Source: SAR202 cluster bacterium (GTDB lineage: Bacteria; Chloroflexota; Dehalococcoidia; Lucifugimonadales; GCA-2712585). Taken from it: a stretch of DNA of 64,000 nt. The translations under genes and the position numbers were made by a program. Location of the stretch: positions 180-64,179 of the forward strand of contig VGZZ01000007.1 of assembly GCA_016872285.1 (NCBI GenBank), written 5' to 3'. Positions 17,887 to 26,391 of the stretch are shown here, piece after piece (positions within the stretch are counted from its first letter, which is position 1; each line of letters begins with the position of its first letter). The notes beneath the pieces are model-generated. The model had not been told where the DNA came from. It did not search any database and saw only the letters and a list, made by a program, of their open reading frames with translations.

Positions 17887-18469
17887 CTAAACCCTTAGCG
17901 AGCCACGGAACCCCCTGGCGGCATAGTAAGATTCCGCGCCGTTGTGATAGACAAAGACATGGTCGTAACGGCGATCACAAAAGAGGGCGCCGCCGAGTTT
18001 TCTAATATTAGGGGGCGTTTTCACCCAGCTCGATGTTTTCGTATCGAAATTTCCTAGTTTCTGCAACTCTCTATACTGTTCTTCCGTTAAAAGCTCAACG
18101 CCCATGGCGGCTGCCATATCGATGGCGCTGTCTTTTGGTTTATGCTCTTTTCTTGCCTCCAGTGCTTCCCGGTCGTAACAAAGGCTTCTGCGGCCATTAG
18201 GACTTTCCGCTGAACAGTCATAAAAAAACGTATTCGCCCGTCCTATTATCATGACCAACAACATCCGGCTCACCGCCAGTCCTTTCCATTTCATTGAGCG
18301 ACCGCAGTTTTTCAGTATCAGCTTCCAGCTTTGCTTGCACTTTAGCCCATTCAAGGCCCTTATGGCGGTCCATGTTTTTCTCAAAGCGGGCTTTCAACGC
18401 TCTGAGCAGTTCTTCATGTTGTTCTGACGACAACTCTTTTTTGAGCTTGCGCATGGTCATAGTATTCAT
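17887..18469 (-). pseudogene. DUF4256 protein, frameshifted at an A7/T7 run
   Basis: ORFs 18218..18610 ('..GEPDVVGHDNRTGEYVFL*') and 17887..18384 ('..FFYDCSAESPNGRRSLCYDREALE..YHNGAESYYAARGFRGSLRV') join into one DUF4256-like protein if one base of run 18222..18228 is removed. Confidence 0.7.
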
Positions 18470-18696
18470 CCCCAGGTTATAAATACTGTCTATGCAGTGT
18501 ATCCGGGTTTGCACGGAAAGTGGGGTGTTGGTCTCATTGGGGGCCACCATCCCCTTTGTCTCGCCACGGCGAGCTTGCAGCCCCTTCCTCTTCGGGAAGG
18601 GGAAAAGCAATAAAGAACCACGTCGAGATGTTACGCCTCATATACGCTTCCGGACCAGGGATACACCGAGTCTTCGTGCAAAGCTTAGGGTACCCT

Positions 18697-19983
18697 CTAC
18701 TTTCCAGGCCCGGTGAAGGTGTCTTTGAGCACCACGCCGTCTTTCATAATTAGCTGGATGTTGTCTTTATTTTGCAGGATGCGGACGTCTTTGGAGGGGT
18801 CGCCGTTAATGATGAGGACGTCGGCGGACTTGCTGGGTTCGAGGGTGCCCCAGACGTCTTGCTTGCCGATGGCCTTGGCGGCGACCTGGGTGGCCTCGTG
18901 GAGGATGGTGATGGGCTTGATGCCGAGGTCCTGGAAGTACTCCATCTCTTTGGCGACGGTGAAGGGCGGGAAGACGTGGGCGCCGTCGGAGCCGACGGCG
19001 ATGGGAGCGCCGATTTTGTGGGCAAGGAGGATGGCCTCTTTGCAGGCTTCATAGGCCTCGCGGACCTCGTTGATAAACCACTGGATTTGCTGGTCAGTAG
19101 GACGCGCCGAACGGTTATAAGCGCGGGCGTAGTCTTCCGACACGCGGTAGTGTAGCCAGGAGATGGTGGGCACAAAGACGCAGCCGGTCTCCTTCATGAC
19201 CTGGAGGGCTTCCTCGTTCATAAACTCGCCGGAGTGAAGGGAGATAATGCCGGCCCTGGCGGCGGCAATGGAGCCGTTGACGTCATGGGAGTGGGCGTGG
19301 ACGGTCTTGCCGAACTTCGCGGCCTCGTCAGCGGCGGCTTTGAGCTCATCGTAGGAGAGGTCTTGAAGGCGGCCACCAATCATCGGGTCGCCGGGGAGGC
19401 CGGAGGCGGAGACTTTTATCATATCGACGCCCTGGCGCATCTGCTTTCGGACGGCGACACGGACTTCGTGGGGGCCGTTGACCACGGTGCCGAAGTAGGC
19501 GGGGTCCTCGTGGTAGCCGGTGGCGTAGGAGTGGTCGACGATGCCGCCGGAGCCGCAGAGGATCTGGCCGCAGGCGACCATCTTGGGGCCAGGGATGATA
19601 CCGAGGGTGATGGCGTCGCGGACGGCGACGCCGATGTAGCCCCGGGAGCCGCCGTCGCCGATGGCGGTGCAGCCGCTGTCCAGGATAGTCTTCGCGTTGG
19701 TGGCGGCCTTTATGGTGTTGAGCTCGACGCTCTCGGTCATCTCGCGGAGGTTGAGGGCGTAGTCGCTGATGTGGTAGGCGACGTGGGTGTGGGGGTCGAT
19801 GAGGCCTGGCATTACAACCTGGCCGGCGGCGTCGATGACGGTGGCGTCTTTAGGCACGCGGAGGGAGTTGGTGGGCTTGACCTGCTGGATGGAGGGGCCG
19901 TAGGTGAGAAGGGCGCGGCCGTCCTGGGGGGCGCGGCCGGTGCCGTCGATGAGTCTGGCGTTGATGATGGCGTATTTGGGCAT
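18697..19983 (-). CDS. metal-dependent amidohydrolase
   Basis: 'MPKYAIINARLIDGTG..MPGLIDPHTHV'. Start set at ATG 19981-19983 (AGGAGGAACCCCC-ATG). The track's 45-aa extension is repeat/leader sequence. Confidence 0.85.
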   Translation of the reverse strand: MPKYAIINARLIDGTGRAPQDGRALLTYGPSIQQVKPTNSLRVPKDATVIDAAGQVVMPGLIDPHTHVAYHISDYALNLREMTESVELNTIKAATNAKTILDSGCTAIGDGGSRGYIGVAVRDAITLGIIPGPKMVACGQILCGSGGIVDHSYATGYHEDPAYFGTVVNGPHEVRVAVRKQMRQGVDMIKVSASGLPGDPMIGGRLQDLSYDELKAAADEAAKFGKTVHAHSHDVNGSIAAARAGIISLHSGEFMNEEALQVMKETGCVFVPTISWLHYRVSEDYARAYNRSARPTDQQIQWFINEVREAYEACKEAILLAHKIGAPIAVGSDGAHVFPPFTVAKEMEYFQDLGIKPITILHEATQVAAKAIGKQDVWGTLEPSKSADVLIINGDPSKDVRILQNKDNIQLIMKDGVVLKDTFTGPGK

Positions 19984-20113
19984 GGGGGTTCCTCCTGGGG
20001 AGGGGGTTTGGGGGTATTTTAGCGGGTGGAGGGAGGGGAGGGAACGGGAGGGGAACCCCCTACCTAACCTTCCTCCGCTTGGCGGGGGAAGGGATAAGCG
20101 CAGCGTGGCAGGT

Positions 20114-20184
20114 GGCATTGATAAAGTATTGTAGTGCTAGTGTTTCACCCTCACCTTAATCCTCTCCCATCAAGGGAGAGGAGG
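20114..20184 (+). repeat. hairpin repeat, family A full copy
   Basis: 'ggcattgataaagtattgtagtgctagtgtttcaccctcaccttaatcctctcccatcaagggagagg'. Confidence 0.85.
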
Positions 20185-20330
20185 TAAAACTGACGGGCCA
20201 TGCGGTAGGTTGTCAATTGGCATAGACCCTTCGACTGCGGGCCGAGCACAGCCCTTTGCCCAAGATGACAGGACCGTGTTTTTTTGCCTAGCGTCGAAAT
20301 GTTCAGCCGGCGCTCTGAATAAGCGTGGGA

Positions 20331-20711
20331 CTAGGGAGACTGATAGACGAGGCCAGGTTTAGACCAGTCGATGAGGGGTTGGAGGTGGAGGTATTGGGAG
20401 AGGAGGCCGGCGGAGGGGGCAAGCTTAGGGCCGTCGAGGCTGCCGAGGAGGAAGTGTATCTGGGCATCGTGGCGAGGCGTGTTGCTGTGGATGGCAATGA
20501 TGCCGCCGGAAGCGTTCAGGATAACGGCGCGGGAGGCCTGGACACGCAGAGTGAGGGGGATCTGGACGGTCTGCCTGTTTGACGCGCAGTGGATGGAGAC
20601 GGGCTGGTCCGAGGAGACGGCGAGTACCTGGCTGGCGGCGTAGGCCGCGTCGATACCATCGGTCTGAATGTTGGCTTTGACCATGGCGCCGGCGGCCAGC
20701 ATCCACGCCAC
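20331..20711 (-). CDS. hypothetical protein (possibly 5'-truncated)
   Basis: 126-aa ORF with a GTG start. The in-frame upstream hydrophobic stretch has no start codon. Weak call. Confidence 0.3.
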   Translation of the reverse strand: MAWMLAAGAMVKANIQTDGIDAAYAASQVLAVSSDQPVSIHCASNRQTVQIPLTLRVQASRAVILNASGGIIAIHSNTPRHDAQIHFLLGSLDGPKLAPSAGLLSQYLHLQPLIDWSKPGLVYQSP

Positions 20712-21275
20712 GACAGCGATGGTGCCGTAGGAAACGAGCCGCAGGATACGGTCGGAGACGCGGAGGTGGCTTCACAAAGTCTTGGCGCTGATGGGAGCCA
20801 GGTCTCCTTCCTTCCAGAGGCCGCGGGCAGGGCCGTCCGCGTCGACTGAATGTTATGAGACTGACTTTATCGAAGGCGCGCCGGACTTCCGACAGGGAAT
20901 TACCGCAAAGGTATAGGGGAAAGGGGGTAAATGTTCTGGGCAATTTCATGCAGGGAAGGCGGGGAGAGGTGGATGTTGGGGGACGGGTTAGTGGCTTGGG
21001 AAGGAGAATAGGAATGGATAGCAGGGAGAGACGTGGGGCGTGTCAGCAGGAGACCAAGGTGGTTTGCAGTCTAATCAGATTCCTCGACCCGATTACATCG
21101 GGATTTCGCGATTGGTATACCAAGCAAAGGTGCTCAACTGCGTCCTGACGAGTACATCAGAACTCCGCTCGGAATGACAAATTGATTACATTTCATAGAT
21201 TCGATGCCTAGCGGACAAGCGGCATCCCAAAGAGAGGGAAGGGCGAGGTGACCACGCTACTAGGGATGGTGGGTC

Positions 21276-21338
21276 GTGACAGCAGACACGTCGACTAGAT
21301 TCTTCGATCCGCCTACGGCGGACTCAGAATGACATGCC
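21276..21338 (+). repeat. intergenic repeat, family C
   Basis: 'gtgacagcagacacgtcgactagattcttcgatccgcctacggcggactcagaatgacatgcc'. Confidence 0.8.
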
Positions 21339-21341
21339 TTG

Positions 21342-22292
21342 TTAGGAGCGGAGGAGGGGCAGGAGGGACTGGAGGCGGGCCAGGGAGGCCTGGATGGCGG
21401 CGCGGTTGGGTGAACTGGCCCAGTAGTTGTTGAGCCTGCCGTACATGTCCTCCTGGAGGTCCCGGGTCTGGGCGGCGTACAGGACTAGCTGCTTATCGGC
21501 CAGTTCCAGGGTGTCGTTGTCAACGCTGAGGTACACATCCGCCACCAATGCCCGGAGGACCACCAGCTTTTTAAGCCATCGCTCCTGGTGGGCTAGAAAC
21601 TCGTTGGGGGTAGTGATCTGGGACATGAGGGTGATTTGGGCGTCGATGCCGTCCTGGCGGCGCTGGAGGCGGAAGATATTGATCTCTTTGGTGTTGGCGT
21701 TAAAGGTGCCGCCGAAGTCGGCGGCGGGACTGTAGCCCAGGAAGTCTCGCAGGATAGGTGCCATGCCTACGGAGTAGTTTAGCAGCACAACCTCGGTGAA
21801 AATGGCGTGTTCCAGGTCGCTCCACTGGCCCTGGGTGTCGGTCAGGTGTTCCCGGGCGAGGGATACCCTGGAGCCTCCCAGAATGACCGGGAAGACACCT
21901 ACGCTGACGGAGTCGCCGTAGCCTTTGACCAGGAGATGGACTTGCCGGGTGGTATCCAGGGCCGCGGCCATGCGGGGGGAGCCCTGGGTGACCAGGTCCT
22001 GGAAGGCGCGGGCGTCGGCGGGGGAGAGGCCGCCTTCGCTCCTTTGATAGAAAGCGGCTTCCCTGGAGGAGATATCAATGACGCCGGGGAGGGAGGAGTT
22101 GAGGGCCTCTATGTATGGCGCGCTTTCGCGCACAATCTTGTCGGCGCGGGAACGGGGAGTGAGAACGGAGGCCCACAAAATGATTACGAGGATTAAGACA
22201 AGGAAGGCTGCCGAGGCCAGAAGAAGCATTCGCTTTCTTCGAGATAAACGCTTGGGGACGGCCTGCGCCGGCTGCTGAGTGATGTCTTCCAT
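21342..22292 (-). CDS. hypothetical N-terminally anchored membrane protein
   Basis: 316 aa with a single TM ('MLLLASAAFLVLILVIILWASVL') after a basic N-terminus. Only 2 nt downstream of 22295..23548. Confidence 0.6.
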   Translation of the reverse strand: MEDITQQPAQAVPKRLSRRKRMLLLASAAFLVLILVIILWASVLTPRSRADKIVRESAPYIEALNSSLPGVIDISSREAAFYQRSEGGLSPADARAFQDLVTQGSPRMAAALDTTRQVHLLVKGYGDSVSVGVFPVILGGSRVSLAREHLTDTQGQWSDLEHAIFTEVVLLNYSVGMAPILRDFLGYSPAADFGGTFNANTKEINIFRLQRRQDGIDAQITLMSQITTPNEFLAHQERWLKKLVVLRALVADVYLSVDNDTLELADKQLVLYAAQTRDLQEDMYGRLNNYWASSPNRAAIQASLARLQSLLPLLRS

Positions 22293-22294
22293 AT

Positions 22295-23548
22295 CTAACT
22301 CCGCCTACCCACCCGGTTTTCCACCTGACGCTCCACGTATTTTTTAAGGCCGCGCGATAGGAACCAGGCGCCGAGGATGACGCCGCCGCCGATGAACATT
22401 AAGGAGAGGACCCATCGCCAGGGGATGACCCAAACCGTGATGGGATCGCTGGTGGCCACCTGCAGGGGGTCGCCGAAGGTGACCTGGGCGGCCAGGGTGT
22501 ACCGTCCGAAAGCCTTGGAGCGGGTGACCCAGTCCAGGGTAGTGTCACGCGAGGCGCCGGGAAAGACGTTGAAGTTGGGGACAAGGATGCTCTCCTTGGG
22601 ATCACCGCCCATGGAGACAATGCGGATCAGGCCGGGGCTAACCTCGTAGTCAGCGCCACCAAGGTTCTGAAATCGCAGGACAAGGGAGTTGTGGCCGGCC
22701 AGGGCTAGTTTGGGGACCTTGTGCCATTTGAGAGCGCCCTGCTGGTTCGACAGGCTGGCGGGCTTGATATCGATATCGTCGGCGGATGGGGACCGCACGT
22801 TGGTGTCGATGGCGAGAAAAGAGTTGGGGGACACGGACACCGGCGCGCCCGCCTTGTCCAGGGCGACGGTGGAGTCCGACAGGTGGACCACAGGCGACAG
22901 GAGGATGGTGAAAGACTGGGTCTGAGGACTGGGAGGGGGCGCGGAGAAGGGCAGCAGGGCAGCAGGAGGCAGGCTGGCGGACGCCAGGGGCCGGTCCAGC
23001 GCGGCCAGGCCGAAGGCGGAGAGGCCGCCGGGGGAGGCCGCCTGAAACCCCAGATAGGCGCCTGACGGGCCGTTGAACCGGGTGTCCAGTACGTGAGCGG
23101 AGCCGTCTTCAGCGTACCTGAGGATTCTAACCAGGGACGGGTCCGATGCCCCTGGCCACCCGGGGTCCACCATCAGGGTGATGACCGCGGCGCCGATCTC
23201 CTGGCGGTCCTGGAGCTTGTCTTTGTCGATCTCGATGACATAGGCGATGTCCTTGATAGAGGCGTCGCCGACGACGGCGTCGAAGGCGTCCTTCACGGCG
23301 GGGCTGGCCTGGGGCTGTATGACGGTGGTGACGCTGCCTTCCCTCAAGAGAGCTAGAAGGTCAAAGGAAAGCTTTACCTGAGCGGAGCGTGGGCCCTGGC
23401 CGGCGGAGTCGAATTCGGATTTCCAGAGAAAACTATCGACGCGAAGGCTTTCCACGTCGGCCACGGTGACGCCTTCACCCAACAGCAACGGGTGGAACAA
23501 CACGTCGCTGCTTGTGAACCTGAGCGCGGTGGACGACATAGCGGGCAC
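22295..23548 (-). CDS. hypothetical protein with C-terminal TM anchor
   Basis: 417 aa with no signal peptide and a C-terminal 'WVLSLMFIGGGVILGAWFL' followed by a basic tail. Only short antisense ORFs lie opposite. Confidence 0.6.
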   Translation of the reverse strand: MPAMSSTALRFTSSDVLFHPLLLGEGVTVADVESLRVDSFLWKSEFDSAGQGPRSAQVKLSFDLLALLREGSVTTVIQPQASPAVKDAFDAVVGDASIKDIAYVIEIDKDKLQDRQEIGAAVITLMVDPGWPGASDPSLVRILRYAEDGSAHVLDTRFNGPSGAYLGFQAASPGGLSAFGLAALDRPLASASLPPAALLPFSAPPPSPQTQSFTILLSPVVHLSDSTVALDKAGAPVSVSPNSFLAIDTNVRSPSADDIDIKPASLSNQQGALKWHKVPKLALAGHNSLVLRFQNLGGADYEVSPGLIRIVSMGGDPKESILVPNFNVFPGASRDTTLDWVTRSKAFGRYTLAAQVTFGDPLQVATSDPITVWVIPWRWVLSLMFIGGGVILGAWFLSRGLKKYVERQVENRVGRRS

Positions 23549-24254
23549 CGGCGTGAAGGAGATTCGTTATATTCTGAGCGGCGGGGCGGAGACCGTGGTG
23601 GAAGGCGGGTCGGTGTCGATTCCGCTGACGGCGGAGGGCATTCATTCCATCAGCTATTTCGCGGTGGACATGGTGGGGAATACGGAGGCGGGCAAGTCGG
23701 TGACGGTGCGGCTGGACACGTCGGCGCCGGAGGCCTTCGTGCAGTTCGACCAGATGACGAAGGACTTGCTGACCTACGGCATCGACCTGGTATCGGGGGT
23801 GCCGGGCGGGCCGGGGACCACGGTGTCGGCGGCGCCGGTGAAGAAGAACGGTAAGGAGGTCCGCCGCACGGTGGTGGTGGGCGACAACGCCGGGAACAGC
23901 GTGACGCTGATGGAGGATGTGGAGACGGGAAATCAGAATATTAAGGGCGCCATTGTGACTATAAAGTACAAGAACGGCGCGGCTATCGGCACGGTGAAAA
24001 ACCAGATTTCCGCGCACTGGGTCTTGAACAAGGACGGGTCTATAAAGCATCTGGACCAGACGGCGGACCTGGGGCAGGGGAAGTCGCTGCAGAAGCTGAA
24101 GGCGAAGTACGATGGGAAGAAGAATCAGACGACTATTATTGTGGAGAAGGGGTTTAACGCATCGGGGAATTCGCCGCAGTCGTCGAAGAAGATAGTGATG
24201 CAGGGGCTGATATTGATACAGCTAGCGACGAATAATGGGGGGGTTGGTGATTAG
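23466..24254 (+). CDS. OmpL47-type / Ig-like surface domain protein, apparently 5'-truncated
   Basis: 'NGWNNTSLLVNLSAVDDIAGTGVKEIRYILSGG..YFAVDMVGNTE..VRLDTSAP'. GTG start, no signal peptide, and an 83-nt overlap with the divergent 22295..23548 start. Confidence 0.5.
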   Translation: MTPSPNSNGWNNTSLLVNLSAVDDIAGTGVKEIRYILSGGAETVVEGGSVSIPLTAEGIHSISYFAVDMVGNTEAGKSVTVRLDTSAPEAFVQFDQMTKDLLTYGIDLVSGVPGGPGTTVSAAPVKKNGKEVRRTVVVGDNAGNSVTLMEDVETGNQNIKGAIVTIKYKNGAAIGTVKNQISAHWVLNKDGSIKHLDQTADLGQGKSLQKLKAKYDGKKNQTTIIVEKGFNASGNSPQSSKKIVMQGLILIQLATNNGGVGD

Positions 24255-24320
24255 GTATTAGGGGAGGGTGATAGGGGAGGGTAAAACAGGGGGTGAGACG
24301 GGTGTGAGTGATAAAATGGG

Positions 24321-24401
24321 GTGTGACAGCAGTCACGTTGATTAGATCCTTCGACTGCGTCCCGACGAGTACATCGTGACTGCCGCTCAGGATGACAATT
24401 C
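24321..24401 (+). repeat. intergenic repeat, family C full copy
   Basis: 'gtgtgacagcagtcacgttgattagatccttcgactgcgtcccgacgagtacatcgtgactgccgctcaggatgacaattc'. Confidence 0.85.
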
Positions 24402-24451
24402 TCCTCTTGCGGCTATCTGAGACATGTTCGACCGACGAAACTACACAGAGA

Positions 24452-24916
24452 TTAAGGCGTCGTTTGGACTGCCCAGCCTGTGTCGTAGGGGGTGCGGAAG
24501 TGGATGTCCAGCTGGACACGCTTGAAGAGCCAGCGGCCTTTGATTTTGACCATGTCATCGTGGTAGACGCCCATAATCCAGATAGCTTGTTTGCCTTCAA
24601 TGGTGCCGGGTTCGAGGAGGTACCAGGTGGCGTGGGCGGTGTCGCCGCGGACTTCGATGATGGGGTTGGAGACGTAGTGGATGGCGAAGGTGAGGCGTTT
24701 GGTGATGTTGGTCCAGAAGTCGCGGAGCTGGTCGTGGCCTTTGAAGGGCCCGAAGCTGGTGGCGACCCATTCGGCGTCTGGGGTGAAGAGGGGGACGATT
24801 TTGTCGACGTTGAAGTTGTCGTCGCAGTAGAGGCAGTAGCGGGCTTTGAGGTTTTTGATGGCCTCGATGTCTTCGAGGCGCTGGAGGCGCTGGCCGAGGT
24901 CTTCTTGGGGGGTCAT
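24452..24916 (-). CDS. SnoaL-like / NTF2-fold protein
   Basis: 'MTPQEDLGQRLQRLEDIEAIKNLKARYC...'. Start moved to ATG 24914-24916 because the extension runs through a family B repeat. Confidence 0.75.
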   Translation of the reverse strand: MTPQEDLGQRLQRLEDIEAIKNLKARYCLYCDDNFNVDKIVPLFTPDAEWVATSFGPFKGHDQLRDFWTNITKRLTFAIHYVSNPIIEVRGDTAHATWYLLEPGTIEGKQAIWIMGVYHDDMVKIKGRWLFKRVQLDIHFRTPYDTGWAVQTTP

Positions 24917-24959
24917 GGCAGATTCCTTTTTGGTGGAGATGATAACTGAGTCGCGGTAT

Positions 24960-25070
24960 GGGATACCATCCCCTAGCCCCTTCCTGCTGGAAGGGGAAGA
25001 GAAAAATTGCACCAAATCCCCCTCTATCTCCCCCTTTTCCTCGTGAGGAAAAGGGGGAGGACCAGATGGG
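24960..25070 (+). repeat. mosaic hairpin repeat, family B
   Basis: 'gggataccatcccctagccccttcctgctggaagggg..ccctctatctcccccttttcctcgtgaggaaaaggggga..accagatggg'. Confidence 0.85.
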
Positions 25071-25154
25071 ACATCCACGCAACACCCTAAATATCGAGAG
25101 TCGTCGGTAGCCTATGGGCACGAGATGAGTTTTCCCATGTAAGGTGAGGCAACG

Positions 25155-25529
25155 TCAGGTGAGGGAGGGTGCGGACTGTTGGGCGGCGAAGGCCTCATGG
25201 ATCTGGTCGGTTTTGGAGGCCATGATGAAGTCGTTGCGGTGGAGTCCCTTGATTTTGTGGGTCCACCACTCGACGCTGGTACGGCCCCATTCGGTGGTGA
25301 GCTTGGGGTGATGGCCTTCGGCCTCGGCGGCGTCACCGATGGCGTTGGTGAAGGCGAGGGCGGTCTTGAAGTCTTTGAATTTGAAGGCGCGGGAGAGGCG
25401 TTTGACGCCGTCGATTTCTATTAGCTGCCAGTCTGGGATGAGGGGGAGGAGCTGGGCGGTCTCTTCGGCGGTCACCTGAGGGGAGTCTTTGCGGCAGGCT
25501 ACGCATTTTTCCTGGCTTAGGGTGGTCAT
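25155..25529 (-). CDS. 4a-hydroxytetrahydrobiopterin dehydratase (PCD/DCoH)
   Basis: 124 aa with 'EGHHPKL' and 'W.THK..GL' motifs. AGGAGGCCCCC-ATG start context. Confidence 0.85.
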   Translation of the reverse strand: MTTLSQEKCVACRKDSPQVTAEETAQLLPLIPDWQLIEIDGVKRLSRAFKFKDFKTALAFTNAIGDAAEAEGHHPKLTTEWGRTSVEWWTHKIKGLHRNDFIMASKTDQIHEAFAAQQSAPSLT

Positions 25530-25632
25530 GGGGGCCTCCTAGGGAGGGGAGTGTGGGTTAGGGAGCATAGGAATATTTTTGCATATTGAGACACGGATTG
25601 GGAATCAGTTTTAAGAAATTCGACCGGACCCC

Positions 25633-25681
25633 TTGACACGAGACAAACTATATAATTTAATTAGAAAACTCTTTCAATTAA
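25633..25681 (+). promoter_or_regulatory. candidate tetR promoter plus palindromic operator
   Basis: TTGACA (25633-38), 17-nt spacer, TTTAAT (25656-61). Near-palindrome TTAATTAGAAA-actc-TTTCAATTAA (25657-25681) ends 10 nt before the TetR ATG. Confidence 0.4.
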
Positions 25682-25691
25682 TTAATTAGCC

Positions 25692-26339
25692 ATGTCACCA
25701 AGAAAATACCGAATGGGGGCGAGGGAAGCCAGCGTGGAGGAGACGCGGCGGCGCATTCTAGAGGCGACGTGCCAACTCCACGGGGAAAGGGGCATATCCG
25801 GCACCAGCATGGTGGACGTGGCGCGTAGAGCAGAGGTGTCGATTGGGACGGTATACCGGCACTTTCCAAATCTAGACGACCTGGTGGATGCCTGCGGGCA
25901 GATTGTCTGGCAGGAGTTGAGTCCGCCCACACTGGAATCTTTAGCGGCTAAGGGTAGTATCGGGGAGCGGGTGAGGACCCTGGTAGGCGAGGTTTTCGAC
26001 ATGTATGGGAGGGGCGGGCAGGACATGAAGCTGGGCATGGCGGACATTCATAGAGTGAAGGCTGTGGCCGAATGGTTCAGAAGGTGGGAGGAGCATAAGG
26101 AGTCGCTGGTGAGGGCGGCGCTGGGCCGGAGGGAAGATGACGAGAAGGCGATAGCACTGCTTACGGCTATGACGGGACTTGGGGTTTGGGAGAGCCTTAT
26201 GTCCAAAGAGTTGAGGAGCGACGAAGCTGCGGATTTAGTGAGCCGGGCATTTCTGGCGTGGCTAAACACTCCTTTATACAAGGCATCGAAGGATGGCAGG
26301 GCAAGCAAATCGAGAAGGCGCGCGCCTGCCGTCGGGTAG
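25692..26339 (+). CDS. TetR/AcrR family transcriptional regulator
   Basis: 215 aa with an N-terminal HTH: 'RRRILEATCQLHGERGISGTSMVDVARRAEVSIGTVYRHF'. Confidence 0.9.
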   Translation: MSPRKYRMGAREASVEETRRRILEATCQLHGERGISGTSMVDVARRAEVSIGTVYRHFPNLDDLVDACGQIVWQELSPPTLESLAAKGSIGERVRTLVGEVFDMYGRGGQDMKLGMADIHRVKAVAEWFRRWEEHKESLVRAALGRREDDEKAIALLTAMTGLGVWESLMSKELRSDEAADLVSRAFLAWLNTPLYKASKDGRASKSRRRAPAVG

Positions 26340-26391
26340 AAAGCAAGTCGAGAGGCACAAGTCTCGAAATAAAAATTAGAGGAAGGGTGTT

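Noticed and set aside
20425-20949. 174-aa Arg/Pro-rich minus-strand ORF.
   Set aside because: It has low-complexity composition, overlaps the alternative 126-aa ORF in another frame, and runs through repeat-rich DNA.
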